DNA from: Mytilus californianus
Lineage: Eukaryota
Assembly (NCBI RefSeq): GCF_021869535.1
Contig: NW_026262723.1
Span: 71,796,001-71,860,000, forward strand
DNA length: 64,000 nucleotides
Reading direction: 5' to 3'
In this document: piece by piece, positions 63,601 to 64,000 of the stretch
Position numbering within the stretch: the stretch's first letter is position 1
How the letters are laid out: the number at the start of each line of letters is the position of its first letter
Notes under the pieces: generated by a model
The model's input: only the letters and a program-made list of their open reading frames with translations
Database searches by the model: none
What the model was told of the DNA's origin: nothing
Made by a program: the position numbers and the translations under genes

Positions 63601-64000
63601 AACAAAAATATCAAGCCATCTGTTACCTGTTTTTCTAGTGTGCAGTTTTCACTTGTTTGCATGATTAATATTATATTGAAATGAATGAGGTTATGATTTT
63701 ATTTATATTATCCCTTTTGAATTTCTAGGTAACAAGAATTATCTCCCTTCTCACAAAATCCTTTTGAACCATTGTTGTTTAATGAATATACAGTGGCAAA
63801 TATTTCATGCATGTTCAGGACATGAGAAAAATTCTTTTTATAGCCATATATAATTGTATAGCCAAAGTTATAATAAATTTTTTTCTTTACCCAACCAAAT
63901 TCAAATGTATGGGAGTTATACAAAAAGTGTTTTCTTAAGAAATTCATCTCTCTAGGTCCATAATTATACATTTTACCATGATGCTATCTATTTTAGTAAA

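Noticed and set aside
60675-64000. Further TTC26 exon (expected to read like ...LQNRLLFHL.HK)
   Set aside because: No AG-flanked frame with that motif; the next exon probably lies beyond the window

Overview
AT-rich animal genomic DNA, by inference a bivalve and most likely a Mytilus mussel (repeat families, lectin types, intron structure). No rRNA, tRNA or CRISPR array was recognised. Genes: (1) one SUEL/rhamnose-binding lectin exon on the minus strand (1414-1701); (2) a six-exon type I membrane receptor on the minus strand (33533->22416) that I could splice in frame: signal peptide, ADEL/DUF3011-like lectin domain, Ser/Thr stalk, one TM helix and a Tyr-rich tail; (3) a single-exon secreted 10-Cys mini-protein (37109-37363); (4) a head-to-head pair of paralogous ~800-aa, ~10-TM proteins of unknown function with uninterrupted CDSs, sharing a 1.1-kb spacer with Rel/NF-kB-like motifs (43387-49379); (5) the 5' exons of the conserved ciliary gene TTC26/IFT56 (57473 onward). 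Between them are decayed LINEs, two Penelope-like RT copies plus their truncated 3' tails, TIR elements/MITEs, Helentron-like elements carrying satellite arrays, a 32-bp minisatellite, and minimal type I hammerhead ribozymes, two of them in tandem 246 nt apart. All assignments are by eye without database searches; most repeat boundaries are approximate.
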